From contig NC_089432.1 of NCBI RefSeq assembly GCF_026210795.1, positions 4,650,001 to 4,714,000 on the forward strand: a DNA stretch of 64,000 bases, in the 5' to 3' direction. The notes below the pieces were generated by a model. The model did not search any database. It saw only the letters and a program-made list of their open reading frames with translations, and had not been told where the DNA came from. Shown piece by piece: positions 1 to 13,406 of the stretch. A program made the position numbers and the translations under genes. The DNA is from Rhizophagus irregularis (taxonomy: Eukaryota). Positions within the stretch are counted from its first letter, which is position 1, and each line of letters begins with the position of its first letter.

Positions 1-939
1 AATAAAATTGAGCGTAAAGCTATTTTGCCCCCCAAACACGCTAAATAATTTGCAAATAATTAATAATGGTTATTATATTTAGATAGTAATTTTAATTTAA
101 CTGTTAATATTTTTTTTTTTATTAATATTAACAAAAAAATATTAATTTTTAACTCATTTTAGTACTATTGGTAAAATCATATTTATGTCAACGCGTTTTT
201 TTATTTAGGGTGCATTTTACCATGTCTATACGTAAAGTATTATAAATAGTGTATTTATTAATCAATTATTATATTGGTGAGGGGGTTTGCATCCATCCAA
301 GACGTTCATATCATCTGGTTACTGATTTATCAAGCGGTATTGACTAATTAAAACTGCTGGTTGAAAGTATGCCGGGTAAAAACTGTTATGAATGATAATA
401 GATGGAAAGGAGAATAAATTTGTATTTGTATTTTTTATAAATAAATATAATTGTGTGGTATGGTCCAAAAAAAAAAATGAAATTATTATTTAAAAAATTA
501 TCTTTCATTAAAAAAAGATATTAAATAAAATTGTTGTTTTAAAAAGTACCAAATAAAATTTTATTATGCTGTTAATGCTAATTTTTTTAAATGTAAATTT
601 TTATTTATCACAAGAAACAGATGTTGCAGTACTGTGAAATTTACAAATTCATTACAAAAACAATTTTGTATAAGTCGTTTATTGTTACATTGTTACAAAA
701 AAGTCCTTTTTTTTTTTATCTTAAAAAATCCCATTTAGCATTAAAAAAAAAAATACATTCTCTAGAAAAATATATATATATATGTATCTCACTAATTATT
801 AATATGAAAAAAAAAATCCCAGAAAAATTAATTATAATGATCTATTGGTACAAAAAATAAAATAAATAAGTAATTAATTATGTTAGTCTATTTTATTGAT
901 TTTATTGAGCTTGATACAAAAAAATATTATTATTATTAT

Positions 940-1610
940 TATTAATAAGCGAATCGGGAAAAAAGGCAATTGCCGTGGCGCTGCAACATCGATCTGATCA
1001 CCGATCCAAACCTAAATGGTGAAAGAATGTATTCGGGAAAAAAAATTCGATTTGAAAGAAATAAAGCCAAAAAATTTTCGGATTGGAGAAAAAGCCAACC
1101 GGAAAAAAAAATCGAAAAAATAAAAACGAAAAAAAAAATTTGTTGACCAAAAAGGAAAAGAAAGAAAAAATAAAAAAAAATTGAAAGAAAAAAAAAGGAT
1201 AAAGAAAGAAAATCGGGTTAAAAAAAAATAAGTACCGAAAAAAATTCCGAAAAAAAAATGTCAATAATTCGGTCCAAAAAAATTCAAAAAAAAAATTAAT
1301 AATATGGTCTAAAAAAAAAGGACCGATAAAAATAATATAAGTTTTAAAAGATTATTTAATAAAAAAAATATTATTAATTTTTCGGTTTTGGAAAAAAAAC
1401 CAAATCTAAGCGGGAAAAGAATGAAAAAAAAACAAAAAGAAAAGAAAGAGGAAAAAAACGAAAAATTTTTAAAAAAGAAAAAAAAAGGAAAAGAAAAAGG
1501 TGTTTCGAAAGAGAAAAGAGGAAATTTTTTAAAAAAAGAAAGCACTATTTGTAAAAGATCAGTTCAAGAAAAAAAAATGATTAAAAAAATGGGGACCGAA
1601 AAAATTTAGA
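940..1610 (+). repeat. Dispersed repeat (GC-containing ~60 bp core plus long A-rich tract); related inverted copy at 62780-63350
   Basis: 961-1025 AAAAGGCAATTGCCGTGGCGCTGCAACATCGATCTGATCACCGATCCAAACCTAAAT aligns by eye with reverse complements of ~63040-63095 and ~63155-63210; the A-rich tract mirrors the T-rich tract at 62780-63040. Confidence 0.6.
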
Positions 1611-3854
1611 CCGGTTAGACGATTAAAAATTTCATTAACCGGAATTGGATTACATGTACAACATGACTTGCCGATCAAGCGGGTCTTAACTATAAAGAAT
1701 ACGGACCAGCAATTCAAAATTAATTTATACAGGCTAATCTAAACGTTAGTCACACAAACACCATTTTTTTTAATTATATAGGTAGATAGGTAGATTGATC
1801 TTATTTTAAAATACAAACTTCGATATACCGGTTCAAAATCTTACATTGTCCCGAATAATATGAAAACAGCTGTAAAACTGAACCAGATTTTCGGCCCGGA
1901 TCTGGTTCGGCTTTCGGGTTAAACCAGAACCGTTCGGAGCTTTAAACAAGATATTCTAACGTTTTTCTTTTATTATATAAAACGATATATGTTCTTATCC
2001 CCGATCGACACTAATTAATTCAGATGATTTTCTCCTATTGTTACACAAATTACGAATTAATTTTTTAAATTAACAGTTAGTATAATTTAAAAATTAAGGA
2101 AAATTCTCGCGAATTTTTCTTGATACTGCTTAATCAAATTTAGTATTAAGTTTAATTTAAAGATTAAGCAGTATCAAAGAAATTTTCGTGAATTTTCTTA
2201 ATATCATACTGCTTAATTTTAGTTTAGTACTAACCGTCACCTGTTGCTTTTCACCAATAAAATAAAAATAATTGTTTGATATTGTTTATAGTGCAGAATT
2301 GTGATCCTGAAGATCGTGATTTTTTAATATATTATTATTTATAAAGGTAAAAAAAAAATACACTTTTCATTCCTCTTCATCAATTTCTTCTTCCCCTTCA
2401 ATTTCATCCTTTTCAATTTCACCTGGTATTTGCATACCTGCATTTATATATATGTTCTTAAACATTTCTAATTTTGGTTTTTTCTGGTACAATTGTTTTC
2501 CATTATCTACACTAATTAGATGTTACTTTTTTTTCTTTAGCTAGTATGAATACAGCCAACTATGAACGTTGGCTCAAACTAGTCGAAACAAACAATCTAA
2601 ATCGGGAAATGCATAGATAATATTTAGATTATTACGAGAGGTAATATTAGTAGTCATCGTAGTATTTATTGTACTTTGTTCCGGAAGTTGTTCTTTATCA
2701 ATATTCTGAATATCATGTAGAAATTTAATTATATTAATAACTTTATATTAAAATTATTAGATTATTATTTGATAACTTTAATAACTTTTCCGCACGTATA
2801 GCCCTTCTTATTGTTAACGAAATATTGCTGCTTTTTATGTTTGAATGAAGTTTGTGTTCTTTGTTTGTTTGAATTATTTTTTCCAACACTACGTGACAAG
2901 TGTCACGTACGACTTTATCACGCACCCTTTTTTCGTCTCTGATTTAGTTTACAGTAAATTTCTAAATCTCTGTAATATTTTAACATTTTTAAGTGATTTA
3001 GAAATTTACATCTTCGTATAAATTCTGCTTAAAAGCTATACTGTACCGATTCATCATAAGTTTTTATAATTTTTGTTGCTAGATTTTTTATCTATTGTTC
3101 GAGTTCTTGAGGGCATTTCAATAAAGAAGCATAATCTGAATAACAAACATTTAATCAAATGAACAATTATTATTACTATTTTATTCGAAAAGAAAATTAC
3201 ATATAATAATAAATCATTTGCATTTGCATTCATTACATTGAATTACTTCGCTTTGCTTGTTTTTTTCTCTGTTTTCCTTTTTCCCCTCATTATAATTATT
3301 CATAATGTATCCAATGGAATTTCTTCCTAAATAAATAACAACTTTGAAAAGGTATTAATTAAATAAACAATCAAACATTTGAAATGTATAGTTTATATAA
3401 TATGAATTTTTGATCAACATCATCACTCGCTTGTTCTAATTGAGTAGTTATTTCATTACTTAATTCACTGATGTCGAGTGAGTGAAATATCGTATTTTGC
3501 TTTAAGAATGCATTAGAATTAAAAAAATTCGCTAATTTTTAGATGATAAATAACGAAATAGCACTTCCCAATAATGATCATAACTATTAAAATGTTGAAA
3601 ATTAACTACGGGAAAAGGAATGGGTAATTTTTATATGTGAGATAAAAGTTTAAACATTAACTCCGCCATTTTAATTGAATTAAAGCTCAATTCTGAAAAA
3701 AAGTAAAATGGATTTAATAAATGTTTCTAGTAATATAAAATTTTCAAAAATTTTTTCTTACCTTTAATTAATAACAGCTAATTTTTCAATATTCGCATAT
3801 TTGCTAGTAGTAGTATTTGAAGAAATACGTCTTTCCCATCTTTCTTGCGAAGAG

Positions 3855-5491
3855 TCATTTTCTTGAGCAATATTTGCTATCATGGATAATAATATCTCGT
3901 CCAACATTCTTCAAATCAATGTTAATAGCACCAGTGTTTTTTCTGAGACGAATATTGTCAGAATTACAGTTTATAATTAAACTGTTGTAACCAAGCTCCT
4001 TGAGTTTGTTATTCGTTTGAATAACTAGAGCAAGGAGCTCATTGTCAACTTCACGCGGTGCTTCTGTGCAAGAAAGAAAAATATCATGTAACTTTAACAA
4101 ATTAACGCGATAATTGTAAAACCGCAAATTTTTAATTACCTTTTCCATCATCATCATCATCTTCTTCTTCTTCTTCGCCATCATTATTATCATCTTTTTC
4201 TTCTTCGTCATCATCATCATCATCTTCTTCTTCTTCGCCATCATCATCATCATTTTTTTCTTCTTCGTCATCATTATCATCATCATCTTCTTCTTCGCCA
4301 TCATCATCATCATTTTCTTCTTCTTCGCTATCATTATCAATATCTTCTTCTTCGCCATCATCATCATCATTTTCTTCTTCTTCACTATCATTATCAACAT
4401 CTTCTTTTTTGCCATCATTATCATCATCATCTTCTTCTTCACTATCATTATCGTCACCTTCTTCTTCTTCGTCTACATTATCATCATCTTTTTCTTCTTC
4501 GTTATCATTATCATCAACTTTTTCTTCTTCGCTATCATCATCATCATTTTTTTCTTTTTCGCTATCATTATCAACATCTTGTTTTTCGCCATCATTATCG
4601 TTATCTTCATCTTCTTCTTCGCCATCATTATCATCATCTTTTTCTTCTTCGCCATCATTATCATCATCTTCACCATCTTCTTCTTCTTCGTCATCATTAT
4701 CATCTTCTTCTTCTTCTTCGCCATCATTATCATCATCTTCTTCTTCTTCTTCGCCATCATTATCATCATCTTCTTTTTCGCCATTATCATCATCTTCACC
4801 ATCTTCTTCTTCTTCGTCATCATTATCATCATCTTCTTCTTCTTCGCCATCATTATCATCATCATCTTCTTCTTCTTCGCCATCATTATCATCATCTTCT
4901 TTTTCGCCATTATTATCATCATCATCTTCTTCTTCTTCTTCGCCATCATTATCATCATCTTTTTCTTCTTCGCCATCATTATCATCATCTTCACCATCTT
5001 CTTCTTCTTCGTCATCATTATCATCATCATCTTCTTCTTCGCCATCATTATCATCATCATCATCTTCTTCTTCGCCATCATTATCATCATCTTCTTTTTC
5101 GCCATCATTATCATCATCTTCTTCTTCTTCTTCGCCATCATTATCATCATCTTCTTTTTCGCCATCATTATCATCATCATCTTCTTCTTCTTCGCCATCA
5201 TTATCATCATCTTTTTCTTCTTCGCCATCATTATCATTATCATCATCTTCTTCTTCTTCTTCGTCATCATCATCATCATCATCATCATCTTCTTCTTCAT
5301 TATCATAATTATCATTGTTAACATCATAATCATCATTATTATTAGTATCTTTTTCGTTAACTTTTTTAGTTTTATCATCATACGTAGATGTTACTATAAA
5401 AAAGAAATGTCAGGTATCTTTTTAAAATTACTAAACTGATTTTTTACATACATTTTTCTTCGTGTATACTATGTTCTTCAGTTGAATCCAT
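3855..5491 (-). CDS. Hypothetical protein with a ~400-residue Asp/Glu tandem-repeat tract (DDNDGEEEED-like units); 3' end uncertain, possibly degenerate
   Basis: ATG 5491 (MDSTEEHSIHEEK), GT-AG intron 5451-5394, open GAT/GAA frame 5393-4140, GT-AG intron 4139-4064, exon EAPREVDNELLALVIQ... to TGA 3857-3855. The M/K, S and I/F ORFs in the track are its shadow frames. Confidence 0.6.
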
Positions 5492-7887
5492 ATTGTTTGT
5501 AAAATAGTAGTATAAAGAAATCAAAAGATTTATAATTATATATTACAATAATATATGGAAAGAAAAATTTTGTACAAGTATGAAAAAAAATTTGTGTCTA
5601 TATATAAATTTTAAGATTGATGATTAATCATGATTCTAAAATTTTTTTTTAAGGGTTAAAATCAGGCTATTAATTAGATTGATTAATCAGTAAAATTTTT
5701 TTTTAAAACCGGGTGCATCAAGTAATCAGTAGGTATCAAATGATTATTTTAATTATTTTTATTTAAATTAATGCCAAAAAAAAAAATTGTTTTTGAATAC
5801 AAATAAATGAAATACAAATAAATGAAATATTGTTCAAACTTACTAAAGTATAAATAAAATATATATATATTTTTTTTTTTATTAAATTCTTCTATCATAG
5901 AAACGTCAAGAAGATATATATTTTATACTACACATTACCAATATTATAAAATTATACCGCTCAATAAATTTTAAGGTACATTATTAAATTTTAGTATACA
6001 TTTAATTAATTAAATAAATTTTGATTATCATCATTCATTTTTTTCATTTCGTTAATTTTTTCATTAATTTTTTCTTAAAAAAATTCTTGAGAATTTTCTT
6101 AAGAATTTAATGGAATATTTTCTTGATAACCTTATTAGAATCAGTATACCTTTGATATCAGATGAATCATCATCAAAATTCTTAATTTTTTTAGATTGAT
6201 TATTTTGGTTCGGGTTCATCAGGCCAAAAATGAAAATGTTCTAATGCTTCATAATCTTGTTATTTGATTTACTCTAAATCTTAATAAAACTCACTTGTTA
6301 ACCGTTCCACTTAATGTATCTGATTTTTACATTAATTTTAGGATTATTAAACCTAGATACAAATAAAAAATTAAAATTAAATAAAATAAATTACCACGAC
6401 ATTAAGCTGACGAATATTTTTATAGCCCTTAAATATATCAAAAAAAAAAAAAAAAAATTTAAAATGATTATACATTGTGTGTGCAAAACCAAATATTACA
6501 ACGAAATAAATGATATGTTTTTAACGAAATATATAACATAATAAATATATATATGTCTATTTTTAATCAATTAAAAAAAACTAATAATCAATAATTTAAT
6601 TTGATCATGAATTCTTTTTAAAAATAAAGTTAAATTTTATATTTACTTAATACTAGGCTTATCAGGCGAAGACATAAAACTTAAATTATTATAAATCATC
6701 GTTAATGTTAAATGATATGTAAAAGAAAAAAAAATTGTAAAACAAACCTACAACCAGTTCTGATACAACTGTATTATTAATTCAAAAATAATGTAACTAA
6801 AAAATTTCGAAATTTACTTCATGATTAAAATATTCCCAACTAATAAATATGAAACAAAAGGTAAAAATAAGAAATCGAAGAAAAGGGAGAAAAAGAAATT
6901 TCTCGCTTGTTGTCAACGAAAATCAATAACCGCTTCGGTTGCCAAAACATTCTTTATGAAGTAGTTTTCTAGCGTAATCATCTATGTTATAAAATAAGAA
7001 TCGTAAATATCATAAATCATTTTGAAGTTAAATAAAAATTAGAAATGAAAAAAAGAACTATAGTTATATTTAAATAATAAAGGTAATGCCTTGCATAATC
7101 TAGAATAATGTTCCAGAAAATACGCAACAACAACAGTATATTTGTTGAGTACACGGCCATCCAATTTTATAACTTGTTGATTTGTCAATTTTAATGAATG
7201 ACGTTATGGCGCAGTATTTGATAACGTGCTTGATTTTTCGAAATTACTCTCCCGAGAAGTTTTTAGAATTATTCTTGTCTCATTGCCGAGACTACATAAG
7301 CAAACAAAATTTTGGATTAATGCTATTTATTTCTTCTTATTATTATTTCATTCTCATTTTTGATTACATACCAATATAATATTTGTATATTTTGTTTCAT
7401 GATTTTGCTAATTTACGAGCCTTACAAAATACAATCTGCCGTGTAACTGTACAAATATGATTATGATTTGTAAAAATTACGGTAAACTAAATAAAAGCGT
7501 TACTTAAAAGCAATTTTTTTAAATAATATTTGTCATAATGTCATGACATAGAATAAAGAAACAAAAAATTAATATTTTTTTTTTACCGGGCTAAATCTTA
7601 CGGAGTTCAAATTTCTAACTAAATATATAAATAATCAACGCCTTTCCAACTATTATTTTTATGTGACACAATAGTGGCGTACTTCGTCTGAGGTATTATT
7701 TCTTTTTTTTTGGTAATACGTGATGCTGTACGACTATAATCGGGAATTATTATGTATAACTTTCAGAAAGAATTATTTTCGTGACACAATAAATTTTTTT
7801 TTACAATTTTGACCGTATAATTTTCGTTATTTTTTTTTTAAAAAAATATCTTTCGTCAAATTATTATTATTTTTTTTTTTATTCAAC

Positions 7888-10242
7888 ATGTCTGTCAATA
7901 ATATCAAAGTACAAGATACCGAAAATACAAACGAATGGATTAATTGGATTGAAGAAGCTATTGATAAAGAAAATTTGAATTATTATGAATATAAACAATT
8001 TAATAATTTTCGAGAAATTGGTTTTGGAAATTTTGGAAAAGTATATCGTGTAAGTTGGAAAAATTTAGAAAAAAATTTTGCAATAAAATCTTTTTTTAAT
8101 ATTAACATCATCACCATAAAAGAAATTGTTCGTGAGGTAATATAACATTATATAATACACTCTTTTTTTTTTTAAAAAAAAAATTATTTTTATTCTATAT
8201 TATATTTATTTCAAATTTTTAATTTTTTTTTTTTTTTTATCTAGTTAAAAATACAACGTAAAATTGATTTTCACGATAATATTATTCGTTGTTACGGAAT
8301 AACGAAATTTGAATCAGGTAGGTATTATAAAGATAGTAAAATACTATTTTATAATATACCGAGTTTTTATTCGAAAAAAAAAAAAATGTTTTTTAATAAT
8401 TACTTTTGTCTTTCTTTAGAAAATCATGATAACAATATCAATTACATGTTAGTGATGGAATATGCAGACAGTGGTAATCTTCAAAACTATCTGAAATATA
8501 ACTTTAGTAAACTAACTTGGGATGATAAGTACCTTATGGCGTATCAGTTAGCTTGCGCTGTATCATGCTTACATAATGAAGGGATTGTCCATCGAGATTT
8601 GGTAATTCATTTATTCTTATTCAATCATTCAATAATATTATTTCTCGTTACTCATTTAATACACTTTTATAATAGCATTCTGGCAATATATTAGTTCATC
8701 AACATTCAATCAAATTAGCAGATTTTGGTTTATCAAGAAGAATTGGAGAATCATCCAATTCATCCAATTTTCAATCCAAATTATTTGGAATGGTTCCTTA
8801 CGTTGATCCAATATGTTTTAATAATAATCAATCAACACAAACGTATTCATTGAATGAAAAAAGTGATGTTTACAGTATTGGAGTATTATTGTGGGAAATA
8901 TCAAGTGGGCAACTTCCTTTTTATATTGAAGGTGAGCAATATGATGTTAGTTTAGCTTTGGAAATTGGTCAAGGTCTTAGAGAAACAATTATTCCTGATA
9001 CGCCAGAAGATTACGTTAAAATTTATACCAGTAAGTAAAATTTACAAATATAATTATTACTTAAATATAATTTGATTAATCTTAAATCACATTCTTTTTT
9101 TTCTAGGATGTTGGGGTGGTAAACCAGATAATCGTCCAACTATATATCAAGTAGTTGATTGGCTAAAAGAAATTATTACAAAAACAGATGTAAAAGCAGA
9201 AATTCTTCAATCATCAAGTAAACGAGAACTTAATTTAAGTAATGCTGAGGTTCCTTTAAGTACAAGTAATTCAGAATCACAAGGTGAATTATCTCAGCCC
9301 ATTCAAAATTTTAATAAAATGAGTACAGAAGTAATTAATACTACATCATTATCAAATGAATCACAAAAGGATTTGTTATTAGAAAAAGATTTTAACAAAA
9401 TAGTTGATGAAATAAATGATTTTATTATTGAATTATTAAATAAAGGAATTGAAGGGGAATTAGTAAAAGATCAAGTTATTGAATATCTTAGTAGTAATTA
9501 TAATACAAATTCACAAGAAATTTTTGATTGGTTATCAAATAATCAAATTAATTCAAATTCCGTCTTTTTACTTGGATATTTTAATTATAATGGAATTGAG
9601 ACAAATGAAAATAATGAGAAAGCTTTTAATTTATTTCTTAATGCATCAGCAAAATATCATACATTAGCACAATATTTCGTTGCTTATTGTTATCAAAATG
9701 GATTTGGAACTATAAAAAATGATAAATTAGCTTTCAAATATTTTGAAAAAGTGGCTGATAAAAATTATGCAATGGGACAATTAGAAGTTGGTTATTTTTA
9801 TGATAATGGAATAGGAATTAAAAAAGATTTAAAAAAAGCTTTTATTTGGTTTGAAAAAGCTGTAAATAATGGTAATATAATGGCTAAATGTAATCTTGGC
9901 CTTTATTATAAAAATGGAAAAGGTATTGAAAAAAATTATAATAAAGCATTTGAATTATTTAAACAATCAGCTGAAGAAGATTATTTATATGGAATAACTA
10001 TGTTAGCATATTGTTATAGTTATGGTATTGGAACTAAACCTAATAAACAAAAAGCATTTGAATTATATGAAAAATCGGCAAATTTAGGTAGTAAAGTTGC
10101 ACAATATAATGTTGCTAATATGTATGAATTTGGTGATGGAATTATTAAGGATATAGATAAATCAATTTATTGGTATGAAAAATCTTCTAAACAAGGTTAT
10201 CAAAATGCAAAAAATAGATTAGAAACACTTCAAAAAAGTTGA
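7888..10242 (+). CDS. TKL-like protein kinase with 6 C-terminal Sel1-like repeats (paralogue 1, intact)
   Basis: Exons 7888-8136, 8245-8317, 8420-8601, 8676-9030, 9107-10242, all GT-AG and in frame. Motifs GFGNFGKV, FAIK, HRDLHSGN, DFG, SDVYSIG; repeats of the A..LG..Y..G.G..KD..KAF..FE.AA type. Confidence 0.92.
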
Positions 10243-10671
10243 TAATAATTTTTTTAATAAATTCTTATTTATTTAAATTTGTTAAAATTGTTAAAGTAAA
10301 ATTTTATTCATAAATTTATTATAAGATAGAGTTAAATAGTAAAATTTTTTTATATTACCTTATATAGTTATCATTCTTGTAATATCGGACATAAAATATA
10401 TTTAAAGAATAAAGAAATAATAGATTTAAAAATATGAACTGTGTCTTTATCATCAAGTATAAATTATAAATTTTATAAGAGAAACTTGATCGTAATTAGG
10501 AATTTCAGTCCGATCATGGTCGGTCATCGGTCGATTAATCGTAATTCGTAAAAGAAATTAATAATACAAACGTGAAAATGTCAAAGTTCTTAATATTGTG
10601 TAGCAATTTATAATTTAGATTTTTTGATTTACATATTAATTATAAATTTTTACATATTTATAGATTTATTT

Positions 10672-12127
10672 GATATCTGGACTTTTAGTAAGTCCATTTC
10701 ACTGAAAGGACATTTTGTTGAGAGCCATTCCCTATAAAGAATTTTTCAGAAAATGATCACGCAAGTTTCTTTGGAATAAAAACTAGAAAAATTTAGATCA
10801 TTTATCGGAATTTTTTTCAGAATTTTTTTTATAGGGATTGAGCCATTTCACTTAAAGACTTTTTTATTGAAGCTAGAGACCATTTCACCAAAATAGATAT
10901 TTTAACCTTTACCGATTGTTGAAGACATCACACCTTTACCAACATCAAATGATTCATTCGATATTACAGAAAAAGATTAAATTTTTTTATCACAACTGGA
11001 CATATTCTTACGTCGTACACCTCCTCCGAATGATGATTATTTTGCCAAAAAATGTCGAATGGCATTTTTGATTAACATTTTGGTACGGCGCTGTAAACTT
11101 GTTTCTAACCATCAATCTTATACTTAATCACATTTATCTAAGATAGCATAATGATATCTAAGTAATCATGATAATCGTTAGCAGATCGTAATGTATTTGT
11201 GTCCTTATATACTTTGATTAATTTTAATTTTTTTTTTTTTTCACAGAGAAACATTATCGGTAACAACTGTACTTTTTCATTTCAGCCTCGTTCTCACTTT
11301 CGTTCAACAATAACGATCTCCCCTACAGTCCTACCATTAACGCTTTTACACAAGTGAACGATGTTTTAACTAATGCTTCCAGCCGGTTTGAATTCACTTT
11401 GGACGAGTTGTCTCGCTCTTTTCTCAACAAATCCGATGTTTCTTCCGCCTTCGCCAATGACAGAAGCGGACCCTAACGATCTTGCTTCTAACACCAAAAA
11501 TTGTCGACCTCACATGGAGGAACTAAGGCTCGCTGCTCTCATCTTTCGCGATTAATTGTATCTGCAAAAGGCAACAAAATTGACTTTATCGAATTTACCA
11601 TTCCACTTCTGACAGTATTTACAAGTGGCGCATTTGTATATTGTACATTTGCGAAAGACAAATACGGATACGTTTTAATAGTTATGATAGCTTTCGAGTA
11701 CAGGACTTTTTTAATTCATATTTTCTATTTCAATTCTCTCTGGTGTGTGCTTCATCGTTACGTGTAGTGCGGTCTAGCTTTACCTTTTCTCCCCTTTTCT
11801 ACCAGAGAAATGTCGCCGTTAGGTGACCTTTTACAATATCTTCCATGTTCTACTCCACGGAATTATGTTTGATTTCCTGTAGTTCTTACTGATAATGTAT
11901 TTCTTTGCTTTGAAATGAAATAAATAAAATAAACTTTTTCATTTAGAATTTTTTTTTTTTTTTGTCCCGCATTATTTGAACTTTAATACCTGTCAAATGT
12001 CATAATCCCGGCTAATTTTCGTGGTTTTTGGTAGGGAAGTTTTGTACATATACCTCACAGTAAAGTAAAATGGTTTCAACAAAATGGGTCTCAGTGAAAT
12101 TGATTTCATGCAAAATGTACCATAACC
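10672..12127. mobile_element. Non-autonomous MULE-like element with degenerate TIRs, 9-bp TSD and internal gene-like fragments
   Basis: GATTTATTT flanks both ends (10663-10671, 12128-12136); left ...CCATTTCACTGAAAGGACATTTTGTTGA matches the reverse complement of the right end (...AAAATGTACCATAACC). Confidence 0.7.
10730..10836. mobile_element. CCC-terminal MITE (CMC-like) nested in the left TIR of the MULE-like element
   Basis: CCCTATAAA...TTTTATAGGG with 3-bp TSD ATT. Confidence 0.7.
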
Positions 12128-12699
12128 GATTTATTTAAAAATCATTAAAATTAGAAAAGGATGTCAACACTCTACAAGAATTTCTCCAGTTTTCGCAATA
12201 AACTTACAAATCTTTTGATATCAATTTCTTATATTACTGATAATAATAAAGTTCTAGTCTCTTATAATAAGATCTTCAAAAATCCTAATAAGAAAAAAAA
12301 ATTAATTTCAACAAAATATTGTTAAGCCAGTTCTTGTATACTTATAAAAATAAGCGTATGGGTGTATGGTAAGCAGAAGGATAATTGAATAAAATAAATG
12401 TTAAATAATATTAATGAACGCAAAGTGAAAATAACTATATGTAAATATTAGTAAATGTATCACTGTCGATCAATTTACGAAGGTTACACAATAAAATAAA
12501 ATGAAATTTCAGTCAAATGCGAATACGGTATTGCACACACGGGCATATACACTCAGACGCAATATTTGACTCACAAATATAACAAACTATAAAAATAAAA
12601 ATGAGATAATTTATTTAATAAATGCTTTTATTAAAATATAACAGAATTATCTATTATTACATTGATTTAGAACGCATGTATTTATAACAATAAATTCTA

Positions 12700-12862
12700 T
12701 GCTAATCATGTTAAGAATATTAAATAAATGCTATATATTTAACAAATGTAATATGTTAAATATGTGTTATATATTTAATATGTTGCATATGTTTAACATG
12801 TTAAACATATTAAACATTCGTAACATTTGCAACATTCGTAACATTCGTAACATTCGTAACAT
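12700..12862 (+). repeat. 9-bp minisatellite (TAACATTCG / TAACATGTT type)
   Basis: Visible tandem units; gives the spurious NIRNIRN ORF. Confidence 0.7.
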
Positions 12863-13298
12863 GATCGCCGGTCATGTGATTATTCGATTAACAATATTAA
12901 GTAAAAAAGAAACATAAGCAATATTGATCGGGGGAAAGGCTAATAAAATAAATATTATATGATTTTTTGATACTGTATGACGAATATTTTAATTTTGACG
13001 AAAACTTTCAATAAAATAGAGTAAAAAATGAAATTCGATATAACGGAACTCCGAACTGGACCTCTTTTCTGAAATCAAATCATATGTCAATACTAAATTA
13101 TCATGACTATCATTGATTAAAATTGTAAAATTTTACGTTAAGATTTTTACGCAAAATTTTAAAAGACTGTCCAATAATTAATTATGATTTCTATATTTTC
13201 TATTAATAGAAAATGGAGTTGAAATATCCATGTGCTGAGCTGGGATGGAATCGAGAAAAAATAATTCGTTAGAGGTTTGATTTATTTTGTCTTTATTG

Positions 13299-13406
13299 CC
13301 CTATAAAAAATTTTCTGGAAAAAACTCTGATGAATGATCAATTTTATAGTTTTTACTTCAGAAAAACTCGGACACGTGGTCAATTTTCTAAAAAATTTTT
13401 ATAGGG
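13299..13406. mobile_element. CCC-terminal MITE, same family as 10730-10836
   Basis: CCCTATAAAAAATTTT...AAAATTTTTATAGGG; no TSD recognisable. Confidence 0.65.

Noticed and set aside
621..1609. F-rich and K-rich short ORFs
   Set aside because: Products of homopolymer A/T tracts in a repeat.
4409..5439. Poly-Ser, poly-Met/Lys and poly-Ile/Phe ORFs
   Set aside because: Shadow frames of the GAT/GAA repeat; only the D/E frame has compatible splice sites.
9319..10242. Sel1 ORFs at 9319 and 23688 as stand-alone genes
   Set aside because: They are the in-frame terminal exons of upstream kinase genes.
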